64,000 nucleotides of DNA from an uncultured Candidatus Binatia bacterium (GCA_965218425.1 OZ244621.1:4096001-4160000); one strand, 5' to 3'. Shown: positions 29,139 through 38,986, counted from the first letter of the stretch. A program made the numbers and translations. Notes: generated from the letters alone by a model not told the origin.

Positions 29139-30987
29139 TGGCACCCCATCCACCACAGATTTCTCCAACCCGTCTGTAGTGAACATATACATCCTGTCCC
29201 TGATCCTCTCCGCGTGCAGCCTGTTGTACGAGCTCCTCATCGCCCAGACCCTTACCCTCATCGCAGGCAACATGGTGGTCTGGTACAGCCTCACTGTAGG
29301 GACCTACCTGGCGGCCATGGGTGTGGGCGCCATCATCTACGGAACTCCCGACCGATCCCGTGACTGGGGCCGTCTCTTTCGGGTTGAGATTTTGCTTAGC
29401 CTGATTGGCGCATCGGCGGTACTGCTCCTTAACTTCGCCCATTCCACCTACCTCTTGTTTGAAGCAGTCCCCGCCACCGAGAGAATTGCCACCCTTGTCT
29501 TCTTCAGTTTCTCCTTTACCCTGATTTTCTTGATCGGGATCCTCACCGGCATGGAGCTGCCGTTACTCATTTATCTCGGTAATCACCTTGCAGGCGAAAG
29601 AAACGTGACCAACCGGGTGCTTGGCTGGGACTATATCGGGGCCCTGGCAGGGGGATTCCTGTTCCCCCTCTACATGGTCCCGTTTCTCGAATTGCACACC
29701 ATCGGATTCCTTATTGCCGCTCTCAATCTGACGGTGGCAGTCTATATCCTGTGGCGGTTTCTCACTCGGGCACCCGGCGTGACACTAAAAACAGCAGGCA
29801 GCATCGCTTTTGGTGTGTTGCTCGCACTCGGTTATTACGCAAACCCGACTATCGAGCAGTTCTTTTTAAAGAAATATTACTATTACCCCGATTCGTTCAC
29901 CGGTCTTGACGATCTATTCGACTCCATGCCCGATATGCCACGGGTCTTTCGCGACAGCTCGCCCTACCAGAAAATCGACATTGTGCACGTTCCAAACAAC
30001 AGCGACGATTTTATTGAATCCTACTCCACCAAGTTCGCATTTAATGATTCCATACCGGACAACTACTTTCTCTTCCTCAACGGAGATTTTCAATTTGCTT
30101 CAAATCACGAGGAACTCTATCACGAGTGGTTTGCCCATGTGCCCATCATCATCAACGGCAAGGTGCCAAAACGCATTCTGTTGCTTGGAGGCGGCGACGG
30201 CTTGCTCCATCGCGAGCTCCTCAAATACGAAGAGATTGAAAGCATCACCCACGTGGATATCGATCGAAACCTGGTGATCCTCGCCACCACTCACTCGATC
30301 CTCACGGCCATCAACGGTTATTCCTTTGACGATCCACGCGTGCAGACAATCTTCGGCGATGCGTTTCAGTACCTGCGGGAATACGCCGGTGAGTCCTATG
30401 ACGCCATTTACATGGACTTTCCGGACGTCATGGACTACAACCTTTCAAAGCTCTACAGCCGCGAGTTCTTTCACTTCGCCAGATTGCGCCTGAAAGACGA
30501 CGGTTTCGCGGCTCTCGATACTCCGGGTGTCTACTGGGGTGTACCGGACGGAACCAATGGCCTCCCGCGCAAGCATCACGGCACCTGGCCTATCCACTCG
30601 AACACCATGCGCCTTGCCGGCTTCAAAACGGTTCTTCCCTTCTATTCGATTCTCGAGATTGATAATCCCGCGGCCTACGAGAGGCTTTCGGGTCCAGGCG
30701 GTCAAGCGGCTTCAGGGGAAGATGGGGATTGGCGCACCGACTATATAAAAGAATTCAGCGACGATTTGCAGCAAGGTTTTATGATGCTGCGCAAGGATGA
30801 AAGGTACGGACCCTTCGAATACATCGATTTCGGAATCGACCTGCACGTGTTAAACGAGAAACGCTTTAAACTCTCTCACCCGGAGCCGCCAAAACCGGAA
30901 GGTCAGGTGGACTTCAGCAAGGTCAACTCCATTTTGCGCCCTACCTTACCGGACCAGGACATTTGGTATATTCGCAGCGCCTGGTAA
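29128..30987 (+). CDS. speE: Membrane-anchored polyamine aminopropyltransferase (spermidine synthase)
   Basis: N-terminal TM block, SPYQKID, FLNGDFQF, YHE, LGGGDG, VDID, GDAF, DFPD, KLYSREF. Confidence 0.85.
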   Translation: MANNGTPSTTDFSNPSVVNIYILSLILSACSLLYELLIAQTLTLIAGNMVVWYSLTVGTYLAAMGVGAIIYGTPDRSRDWGRLFRVEILLSLIGASAVLLLNFAHSTYLLFEAVPATERIATLVFFSFSFTLIFLIGILTGMELPLLIYLGNHLAGERNVTNRVLGWDYIGALAGGFLFPLYMVPFLELHTIGFLIAALNLTVAVYILWRFLTRAPGVTLKTAGSIAFGVLLALGYYANPTIEQFFLKKYYYYPDSFTGLDDLFDSMPDMPRVFRDSSPYQKIDIVHVPNNSDDFIESYSTKFAFNDSIPDNYFLFLNGDFQFASNHEELYHEWFAHVPIIINGKVPKRILLLGGGDGLLHRELLKYEEIESITHVDIDRNLVILATTHSILTAINGYSFDDPRVQTIFGDAFQYLREYAGESYDAIYMDFPDVMDYNLSKLYSREFFHFARLRLKDDGFAALDTPGVYWGVPDGTNGLPRKHHGTWPIHSNTMRLAGFKTVLPFYSILEIDNPAAYERLSGPGGQAASGEDGDWRTDYIKEFSDDLQQGFMMLRKDERYGPFEYIDFGIDLHVLNEKRFKLSHPEPPKPEGQVDFSKVNSILRPTLPDQDIWYIRSAW

Positions 30988-31043
30988 TCACGGGCGACTG
31001 CGTATTGCACCTCCTGATCGGAAGGCCAAAATCTAAGATCAGA

Positions 31044-31265
31044 CGACTCGCGCAGAGACGCCAGGCGCGCCAAGTCTAGATAAAATTACAAATTCGAAGT
31101 TCGAAACAATTTCGAACAATCAAAAGGCAAAAAAGGTATTCCTTGATTTCTTTTAGCAGCTCGGCTTTTCGTCTTTTCGAGAAATCCCACAGCGTTTGTT
31201 AAACGTCTTGACCACTTACAGTTTGAGGCTTTGGAATCGTCTAGGATTTCGTGCTTCGTATTTAG
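31044..31265. repeat. Palindromic intergenic repeat family B, copy 2
   Basis: gactcgcgcagagacgccaggcgcgccaagt...tacaaattcgaa is a direct-repeat match to 24715-24770. Confidence 0.65.
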
Positions 31266-32992
31266 GACTTTACCCCGGCGGCGTGATTTCCCGCGATGTA
31301 ACCCTGGCAGGCGCATCGGGCCAGGCCATGTTGATTGAAGCCACCAGCCGACTCTCCGCTACAGTAAAGACCGGGAATGACCTGTCCATTCATATCCATC
31401 ACCTGGCAGTGGGCGTTTATTCTAAGGCCGGCCCGCGTATCGTGGACCAATGGAGTCGCCCAGGCAGCATAAAATGGAGGGGCCTGAATCTTGAACTTGG
31501 GAGTGGGCTTGCCGAAATCCACGTCCCTTCCCCATTCCACGAAGGAGTTGTATCGGTCCACCGTCCCTTGCAGTGTCTCCCCATCCATGGCTACCGCCTG
31601 ATAACGGTTTTTAATGGCCGCCGCAAGCTCTGTTAACGAGCCTGCGCTAAAAAACCAACCGTCCGGATCCACGTAAGGTGGAGTGACCTTCCATTCTTCC
31701 CGTTCCACCGCGTCTGAATCGAAAACGGCCCAAACCGGACCGGCGGAGTAGTCCGGCGGAGCCGATCCCTCGTTCATCGCCACGGCGGCATTGAAGAAGT
31801 TGTATTTGGTGGAATCATATTTGATGTTCGCGGCATTGTGATAACTGGCAGGGGTGTAGGGATCCACGTCTTTATGCTTATTGCCCGCAGGGTAGTCGCC
31901 CTTGGTCTCATCATAGAACCTACGGCCCACCTGGTTTACCAATATCAGGTCATGCCAATCCTTGACGCTCAGCCCGGTGGCGCGAACAAGCGGGAAAATG
32001 GGGCTGGCCAGGTCCCAGGTAGAATAATTATACTGGCACCCGATGGCTCTCTTAACTCTGATATTGTCACCATTTTCCAGGGTTTGATTGGCCAACCCCC
32101 ACAGGGACGCCCCAACGGCCATAGCCGCCAACTCTCCACTCCCGTCTTGAAAGGAATAGGGCTCTCCCGCTACCTGATATACTTCCGTCAACCTGGGATC
32201 GAACATGCGCCGGAAATTCATATTGCCGGTACTACCACCTGTAGCAAGGATAACTCCATTTTCTGCACGGATGCTCACGCTGCTCTTGGTACCGCTGATG
32301 TTACCGTCGGTGCGACAGCTCTGTAAGGGTGTTGTCCCGCCAGGCAGTATTCTCGGCGTATACTGCGCTGTAATTCCCAGAACCCTTCCAGAAGCCGTAT
32401 TCGTGAAAGGTTCCCTGATAATGCTCGTCATTTTGTAGTTTAGAAGAAACTTTACACCCTTTTTTCTGGCACTGGCCTCCAGTGACCTAACGAGCCCCGT
32501 CCCGGGTCTATTATTCGGACTTGCCAGGCCTGCCCCATCCGTCCAGAAAGAATGATTTTCCCGTGGGGCCGAGTTCCCAGTGGAGTGGGCACCCTGGTCG
32601 TCCGGTGCCTTATCTTTGAACTTCACGCCGTTAGCCACCAGAAACTCGTAGGTCTGAGCGCAATTATCGGCAAAGGCACGAATTACCGCTCTGTCGTTAT
32701 ACCTATAGTTGGGAGACCCGTTAGGCTCCACTACAGACCAGTCGGTCAAATCAGAGAATACGATATCCGGCGAATCTACGATTCCGTACTTTTTCTGCGC
32801 GCTGGTCCCACCGCCCAGAGCCGTATTGCCCCCGCTCAAGATCGCATGGCCGCCAACGTCGTAATTGGCCTCTACCACTATCACCGAAGCCCTACGATCA
32901 ACGGCTGCCAAGGCTGCAGGGAGTCCTGCGCCCCCTGAACCCACAACCACCACGTCTGCCACTAAATCCCAACTTGTTTGCTCTTGTTCCAT
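31262..32992 (-). CDS. FAD-dependent oxidoreductase (fumarate reductase/KstD/TcuA flavoprotein family)
   Basis: DVVVVGSGGAG, GGHAILSGG, VILATGG, GLRIN...IPGLYCSGE; AGGAGG RBS. Confidence 0.88.
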   Translation of the reverse strand: MEQEQTSWDLVADVVVVGSGGAGLPAALAAVDRRASVIVVEANYDVGGHAILSGGNTALGGGTSAQKKYGIVDSPDIVFSDLTDWSVVEPNGSPNYRYNDRAVIRAFADNCAQTYEFLVANGVKFKDKAPDDQGAHSTGNSAPRENHSFWTDGAGLASPNNRPGTGLVRSLEASARKKGVKFLLNYKMTSIIREPFTNTASGRVLGITAQYTPRILPGGTTPLQSCRTDGNISGTKSSVSIRAENGVILATGGSTGNMNFRRMFDPRLTEVYQVAGEPYSFQDGSGELAAMAVGASLWGLANQTLENGDNIRVKRAIGCQYNYSTWDLASPIFPLVRATGLSVKDWHDLILVNQVGRRFYDETKGDYPAGNKHKDVDPYTPASYHNAANIKYDSTKYNFFNAAVAMNEGSAPPDYSAGPVWAVFDSDAVEREEWKVTPPYVDPDGWFFSAGSLTELAAAIKNRYQAVAMDGETLQGTVDRYNSFVEWGRDVDFGKPTPKFKIQAPPFYAAWATPLVHDTRAGLRINAHCQVMDMNGQVIPGLYCSGESAGGFNQHGLARCACQGYIAGNHAAGVKS

Positions 32993-33544
32993 GGTGTCCA
33001 CCTCCTAATGATTGGAGTTTGAGCTTAAGCCATCGTGCTCAGCGCCCCTTCCCATCTTTCTGTTATTTCCTTTTTCGTTATTACTTGAATACATTTTACC
33101 GGTACCACCCGTTGATGACCTCCGGGTGTAAACTTCATCTTTACAGTCGCCGGGAAAGAATAAGGACTCAACGGGAACTCCTCCGCCGTCCACGTCGGTT
33201 CTTGCGAGACAGGCGCTTTTGCTACCCATGGTACGACGGCCGGCGATAGCGCTTGGCCAGCATTGAATCCCCCATTCAGGTTCCGCCCGTTATCACAAAT
33301 CGCGAGTATTTCTCCTGATTCACAGTGTGGAGCCAAAACAGGCGAACCTTAACTTATAAATTTAGCCATTTCTCTATCACTGAAGATCATATCGCGCAAA
33401 GTGGGCATTTCCTGGGATTCAGCAGTGAAAGAATTTGTCATTTCATCGCCCCAACGAGCCCCAGGGCTAACCCTCAAGAAGTGAAACCCTTTAAAGATCA
33501 ATGGATTATGGATAGGCACTCATCTTGCTTTCTAAAGGCTCCCC

Positions 33545-33930
33545 ATGAACCGAAAAATACTCATAGTCGAAGACGATGAAGCCTTGCTCAAGATTCTCCG
33601 TCTGCTGCTAGAGAACTCCTACGATATTACCCTGGCGATGAACGGTAAGCAGGGCTTGAAATGGCCACTTCTCAACGTCCAGACCTTATTCTAATAGATG
33701 TTACGATGCCTGAAATGGACGGTTTAGAGGTTCTTAGGAGACTCAAAGAGGATCCGCAAATGGCAAGGATTCCCGTCATTCTCCCCACAGCCAAGGTGGG
33801 TGACAAAAATATCTATGGGGGTTATCAATTAGGCGCCGATTACTATATTCCGAAGCCCTTCACCAACGCCCAACTATTGAACGGGATCAATTTGTTCCCT
33901 GAACCCCTAAACGCAGCGGTTGGGTCCTAG
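33545..33930 (+). pseudogene. CheY-like single-domain response regulator, frameshifted
   Basis: MNRKILIVEDDEALL...GKQGL in one frame continues as ATSQRPDLILIDVTMP...GADYYIPKPF in another; shift at ~33658. Confidence 0.75.
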
Positions 33931-34021
33931 GGTTAAATTAAAAATATATCGGTGTGTATGTTTGATCTCTCTGCCCATTTGCTCTTTACTCTTACCTTTG
34001 TAGCCGTCTTTCTTTCCCGGA

Positions 34022-34516
34022 TCATCCCAGTAGATTATCAATTCCGAAGGCCACCGAGCCTCGGATCATAAAGTATAGGGCCAGCAGCAGGAAGATAAGA
34101 TTCGCCTGCCAGGAAGTTTCGGAGGAGTGAATGGCCGCCCTCCCCAGTCGTCGGGCCTCATCCATGGGTCCATTTTCCGGTAGGGAGCCTAATACTTCCG
34201 CTAGCATCTTCGGATAGGTCTGAAGGTGATTGCGCAGGACAAGGAATGTGGGAATAATGAAAAGAACAATCATTAGTGCGGCAACGCGAGTCTGAAACCC
34301 CACTGCCACGCCAAACCCTCCTAGAACCATAAAGGCCACGGCCATCAGGGCGAAGAATCTTGTCCCCCCGGCAAAGACCACCTTGGCGGTTCCAACGGCG
34401 TGGGGCCAACGACGTACGTTACTTATTCCACTACCGAGGAAACGCAACCCCAGGGCAACACGCAGCATGACCTCTAGGACAACCACAAGTCCAGCATCCA
34501 TGGTCCAATGGTCCAT
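34022..34516 (-). CDS. DoxX family membrane protein
   Basis: LRVALGLRFL, GFQTRVAAL, GSVAFGID; four hydrophobic segments. Confidence 0.75.
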   Translation of the reverse strand: MDHWTMDAGLVVVLEVMLRVALGLRFLGSGISNVRRWPHAVGTAKVVFAGGTRFFALMAVAFMVLGGFGVAVGFQTRVAALMIVLFIIPTFLVLRNHLQTYPKMLAEVLGSLPENGPMDEARRLGRAAIHSSETSWQANLIFLLLALYFMIRGSVAFGIDNLLG

Positions 34517-34738
34517 CTACTTCTTCCAGAGCCTCTGGAGAATCTCCTTTTGTTTCTGTGACAATCTTGTTCTCCCCCCCACCTGCCTGGACAAGCTCAT
34601 GATGAAGCTCCTCTCCCAGTCCGTGAACTTGGGGTCGTTCGCCTCTTCGCTTAGGCAAGCCACCAAATATTCATCGCGAGATTTTTGCCGTTTTCCAGGG
34701 GTCGGTTGCTTAGGAGTCCTGACCAGTTTTAAAGCCAT
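34517..34738 (-). CDS. Small hypothetical protein
   Basis: 73 aa, AGGAG RBS; its stop abuts the DoxX start. Confidence 0.6.
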   Translation of the reverse strand: MALKLVRTPKQPTPGKRQKSRDEYLVACLSEEANDPKFTDWERSFIMSLSRQVGGRTRLSQKQKEILQRLWKK

Positions 34739-34974
34739 AACTTCGCTGCTCCTTGATCAATCGAATTGATAGAATTATTTAAAAGCTTTTTAGAATAAAA
34801 CTGCAACGGTGGGAAGGTCAAGAAAAAACCTGTTCCTTCCTGTCACTTTCCATCTCATTTTGGCGTTGAATCATTCTTAAAATCTAAAATCAATGGGGTG
34901 CCTTGACTTGGTTAACCCGGCTGTGGGAATATCCGATGGTTTTCCACTCTGCTGACCAAAGGAGGTATGGACCC

Positions 34975-35499
34975 ATGCGTTTAAATCCAGAACTGCTGGA
35001 AGCAGTCAGGACCAATTTTAGCCGGGCCCCTAAGACTGGGGCTGTAGGTACGATCCGAGTCGATGTTCAACACAAGGAACAAAAGACCCTTGAGGCCACC
35101 AACAAGAGCGAGGACAGGACCTTTCAGTTCCTGGCAGATGAGCCAGCCGTAAGGGGTGGCATGAGTCAAGGGCCGGCACCTCTGAGTTACTTTGTAGCAG
35201 GAGGCGCTACGTGACTGACCATGCAATATACCAGTGTGGTAATTTCAAAAGACATTCCCATTGACAGTTTGAATGTGACCGCCAGAGCCCATCATTCAGC
35301 AGAGCTAAGGGCTTTCAAGGATATGATTTTCCAAGTCTACCTGGAGGGGAGTTGTTCAGAGGATCAAGCCCTAAGCCTGGCCCAGGAAGCAAGCAAACGT
35401 TGTTTTGTGGAAAACACCCTGGTCAAATCACTTCCCCTGACCACTGAGATTCACCTGAATGGAAAGAAAATCCGCGCTACAACCCGCGGGCCAGAGTGA
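34975..35499 (+). CDS. OsmC/Ohr-like protein with in-frame TGA (candidate selenocysteine) at 35212-35214
   Basis: ADEPAVRGG...PAPLSYFVAGGAT-TGA-LTMQY...ASKRCFVENTL; the two ORFs are in frame; AGGAGG RBS. Confidence 0.8.
35229..35241 (+). promoter_or_regulatory. Candidate bacterial SECIS hairpin
   Basis: TACCA-GTG-TGGTA, 14 nt after the TGA; loop starts with G. Confidence 0.5.
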
Positions 35500-35514
35500 G
35501 AGAGAAGACGACCG

Positions 35515-36261
35515 TTAAAATAATTCTTCGAAGCTACGGATAACCCCATGGTCGGTGTTCTCCGGCTGTCCCCTACCCGGACGCACGCATAGCATGGTTT
35601 GCATCTGTGCGGACCGAGCCGCGTTCAGTTCTCCCACAACGTCCGAGACAAATACAATCTTTGATGCCTGCACCTTGAGTGCGGCCGATATCCGACGGTA
35701 ACTCTCCGGCTCCCCTTTCGCACCCATGGCGGTGTCGAAATAAGCTCCTATGAACCGGGTGAGGTCGCCTGAGGGAATGTTCCGAAAAAGTAATTTTTGG
35801 GCAAGGATACTGCCCGACGAAAAAACAGAGATATCTTTCTTTTGCCGCACCCACTGCTTAATGGCGGGTGGGACATCTGCGTAAACCTGACCCTTTAATT
35901 CTCCCGATTCATAGCCAGCCAGCCAGATTCTTCCCTGGAGGGATTTCAAGGCCGTGGCCTTGCGGTCCTGGTCCATCAGCCAGTGGACGTAGCTAACAAT
36001 TGATTCCGATTCACCTCCCGACAGGTCACCCTTCCAGGAAGGGGGTTTCAGACCTCGGCGAAGGTCGGCTTGATATTGGCTCCATAGACCCGCCACATCG
36101 GAACGGACTTCCTCGTTATCACTATGTTTCTGAATAAACGCCTTGAACTGTTTACGTGCGAAAGGAAACAGAACCTCGGACACGAACTCGATTGGCGTGG
36201 TCGTGCCTTCGATATCTAATAGAACGGCCTGGAATGATTCCCTGAGTATTGGACCCGCCAA
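35515..36261 (-). CDS. mtnC: Enolase-phosphatase E1 (acireductone synthase)
   Basis: LLDIEGTTTPIEFV..LFP, MDQDRKATALKSLQGRIW, SSGS. TTG start inferred. Confidence 0.92.
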   Translation of the reverse strand: MAGPILRESFQAVLLDIEGTTTPIEFVSEVLFPFARKQFKAFIQKHSDNEEVRSDVAGLWSQYQADLRRGLKPPSWKGDLSGGESESIVSYVHWLMDQDRKATALKSLQGRIWLAGYESGELKGQVYADVPPAIKQWVRQKKDISVFSSGSILAQKLLFRNIPSGDLTRFIGAYFDTAMGAKGEPESYRRISAALKVQASKIVFVSDVVGELNAARSAQMQTMLCVRPGRGQPENTDHGVIRSFEELF

Positions 36262-36262
36262 C

Positions 36263-36829
36263 TCAGTTCTTGCCAGGCTGCGAGGGAATGTACTGAGGGC
36301 CGAGGCAGAGAGGCTCGTACCCTTTATCCATGCCACTTTCCGTGTAATGGGGAGTCCAACCCGAAGGATCCTGGAACAAACGAATGCACCGGATCTCCCG
36401 CTCCCCGCAGAGATGAAACCAGTGGCGCGTGTCTTTGGGCACGCTAATCATATCCCCGGCCTGTACCTCAATGGCCACCACCGGACCATGGGACGGCTTA
36501 ATGTGAAAAAGCCCCCGGCCCTGAATGACGAATCGCACCTCGTCCTCATCATGCCAGTGCTCCCGATCGAACTTGGCCAGCATGGCATCCAGATTGGGTG
36601 TTTGAGAATTGACCGCAATAACATCGGCGGTAACGTATCCGCCGCTCTGTTTCAACTTCTCAATCTCATCCTTGTAGGCTTCGAGAATCGATGCCTCCGT
36701 TGCGTCCTCGGCTAAAGGATGGGCGGGTTGCCAATGCTCGTATTGAATCCCTATGGCAGCAAGGTATTCAACAATGGACCTGGGGTCAGTGATGGTTTGA
36801 TTCTCATCCGGAATCCTCAATACGCCCAT
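36263..36829 (-). CDS. mtnD: Acireductone dioxygenase
   Basis: [35 protein letters not shown]. Confidence 0.93.
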   Translation of the reverse strand: MGVLRIPDENQTITDPRSIVEYLAAIGIQYEHWQPAHPLAEDATEASILEAYKDEIEKLKQSGGYVTADVIAVNSQTPNLDAMLAKFDREHWHDEDEVRFVIQGRGLFHIKPSHGPVVAIEVQAGDMISVPKDTRHWFHLCGEREIRCIRLFQDPSGWTPHYTESGMDKGYEPLCLGPQYIPSQPGKN

Positions 36830-36843
36830 GAGTCAATCCCTCC

Positions 36844-37533
36844 CTAGCGCTTGGCAAGTGCCAGGCGACTTTCGTTGGTCACAGTAATGGCTCCACGGTA
36901 ATCCATTTTCATCCTTCTTCCCATGACCTCCAACAAAAACTCCAGAATCTCCACGTGGCGTTTTGCCTCCTCGAGATCGCCACCCCAGGTGTACAGCCCA
37001 TGCCCGCGGAGAAGGAATCCGTGACCGTTGGGATTTTGCTTCAGCCGTGTCCTGACAAAATCGCTCAGGGCCGCCATGTCCTGTGAATTTTCAAAGATCG
37101 GAAGCCACTCCCGGTGCTGATGTGTGGACACACCCCGGAGCCCTTTCAACATCTCGTATCCTTCGATGCTAATACCACCTTGGTGTCCCTCGAGTTCGGA
37201 AACTAAGGTGCTCCAAACGGAATGGGTATGGAGAATAGCGTTGGCCCCCAGTTCTCCAGCGATCATCAGATGCAGTTTGGCCTCGGCGGAAGCCCTGAGG
37301 GAGCTTTCCAGACTGTTCCCCTGTTCGTCAACTCGCACAAATTTTTCCACCCGGAGCGAACTCTTGTTAATCCCCGTGGAGGTGATGGCGAGCGTCAAGG
37401 GATCACGAGTCACCACAGCGCTGAAGTTGCCACTGGTTCCCAGAGCCCAACCCCTTTGCCAAAATTCGCGCCCCACCTGGGAGAGATGATTTGCGATATT
37501 GGAGAATTGCATTCTTTTATCTACGGTGTCCAT
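36844..37533 (-). CDS. mtnB: Methylthioribulose-1-phosphate dehydratase
   Basis: GWALGTSGNFS, SAEAKLH, LHTHS, GYEMLKGL, LLRGHGLYTWG. Confidence 0.92.
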   Translation of the reverse strand: MDTVDKRMQFSNIANHLSQVGREFWQRGWALGTSGNFSAVVTRDPLTLAITSTGINKSSLRVEKFVRVDEQGNSLESSLRASAEAKLHLMIAGELGANAILHTHSVWSTLVSELEGHQGGISIEGYEMLKGLRGVSTHQHREWLPIFENSQDMAALSDFVRTRLKQNPNGHGFLLRGHGLYTWGGDLEEAKRHVEILEFLLEVMGRRMKMDYRGAITVTNESRLALAKR

Positions 37534-37572
37534 CCAGTGTTTAAAAGCGCCCTTGAGCCCAATTCGCAAGAG

Positions 37573-37601
37573 AAACTACCTGACGGGAGGTTTGATGTCA
37601 A
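37573..37601 (-). promoter_or_regulatory. sigma70 promoter for mtnBDC
   Basis: TTGACA-17 nt-TAGTTT. Confidence 0.6.
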
Positions 37602-38056
37602 CCTGGGGGGGGATTTTTGATTTTGGAATGCTGAGGACTGTTTGTTGGCAATGGATTAGATGAGTTCTCCATTGGCCTCTACTGTCCGGAACGGAGAACT
37701 TCAGTGCCTTTTTCCGACCTCCATGCGTGATAGCCTTCTTTGACCCTCTGCTTTCGCTCCTCCTCGTACCGCCGCTCGCAGAACTTTTTATAGCCCTGCT
37801 GACAGCCTAAGCTGTGAATTGGGTTGGTCCGTGACTAAGGGCAACCCCATACCGGCGCGGGTGTAAAGTCTTTGAAAGAGCCTCGGGCTGCCGTAGAGCA
37901 CGCCGGGCTCTGTGGAATCTTTGCCAGAATGGGTGATTACCACAACGTCCACCTCGAAGTTGTCGAACGCAGCACCGAGTTCCGCAGTTAACTCTGCCTT
38001 ATCCCCGCCGTGATCGAGCCTCTCACCTCCAAAAAGTAGTGGCTCCTTTTCACTTT

Positions 38057-38986
38057 TTATGCTGCCTTCAACAATCGCGCAGGGTTTTTGTGAAATATCT
38101 TTTCCTTGTCCTCATCACTGATAGGCAGCTCTTCTACTAATTTCACCGCCTTGGGTAACAGCGGAGCAAGCGGCGGCGCGTCGCTGCCGAACACCACATG
38201 ATCGATTCCCACCGTATTGATGGCGCACATTACCGCGGGCCAGTGATAGGCCGCACTATCCATATAAATCATTTTCAAGTATTCACCCGGCGCTTTGGTA
38301 ATGAGCATGGGCTCGTAGGCACCAAGGAAGAAACAAAAATCCCCGAGTTCGTAGGCGTAGTTCAGCCGTCCAATCACCTCACAGATACCTCCGCCGAGGT
38401 GACAGCCCACAAACTTGACCGTGGGATAGCGTTCGAATATTCCCCTTACGATGAGTCGAGATATAGCAAGGGTCTCGTCGGCCGGTCGTCCTACGCTGGA
38501 GATGAGGCGGTACATGTTCATGCACTCCTCGCCGAAGCTGGAGCTGGGAGCATGAATCATAACGGGGATGTCCAACTCGGTTGCGAGGTCCCAGAAGGGC
38601 TCTGCCTCATCTTCGTCGGGATAGTGGCCGTTGTGGCTGGAGTTGATCAGCACGCCGCGCAATCCATACTCCTTGATGGCCCGTTGCAGTTCCTTGACGT
38701 ATTGGTTGCCGCCACCAGGCACCGTGGTAGCGAAACAGAATGTTTCTTCGGGATATTTCTGAGCCACCTCGGCCGAGTACTCATCCCACCGCTGGATGCC
38801 GCGAAAGCCTTCCGCGTCGGGCAGGCCCTTAATGTAATGAACGGGGCTGCTCACCACCATCTTATCGACACCGGCGTTACGGTGCGTGTTAATGACACTC
38901 TCCAAGGTCATGGGGCAGCGGCCCTGCCACCTCGGTTTGGCGGCTAGTTCTGGTGGGTACACATGGGTGTGCCAATCGATTTTCAT
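38057..38986 (-). CDS. Amidohydrolase family protein (ACMSD/LigW-like decarboxylase type)
   Basis: IDWHTH, PVMIHAP, HLGG, FGSDAP. Confidence 0.88.
   Translation of the reverse strand: MKIDWHTHVYPPELAAKPRWQGRCPMTLESVINTHRNAGVDKMVVSSPVHYIKGLPDAEGFRGIQRWDEYSAEVAQKYPEETFCFATTVPGGGNQYVKELQRAIKEYGLRGVLINSSHNGHYPDEDEAEPFWDLATELDIPVMIHAPSSSFGEECMNMYRLISSVGRPADETLAISRLIVRGIFERYPTVKFVGCHLGGGICEVIGRLNYAYELGDFCFFLGAYEPMLITKAPGEYLKMIYMDSAAYHWPAVMCAINTVGIDHVVFGSDAPPLAPLLPKAVKLVEELPISDEDKEKIFHKNPARLLKAA

Noticed and set aside
37570..38056. SAM riboswitch or gene upstream of mtnB
   Set aside because: No SAM-I consensus was found and the promoter lies right beside mtnB. The rest gives only short broken frames (possible gene remnant) and one hairpin at ~37662-37700.
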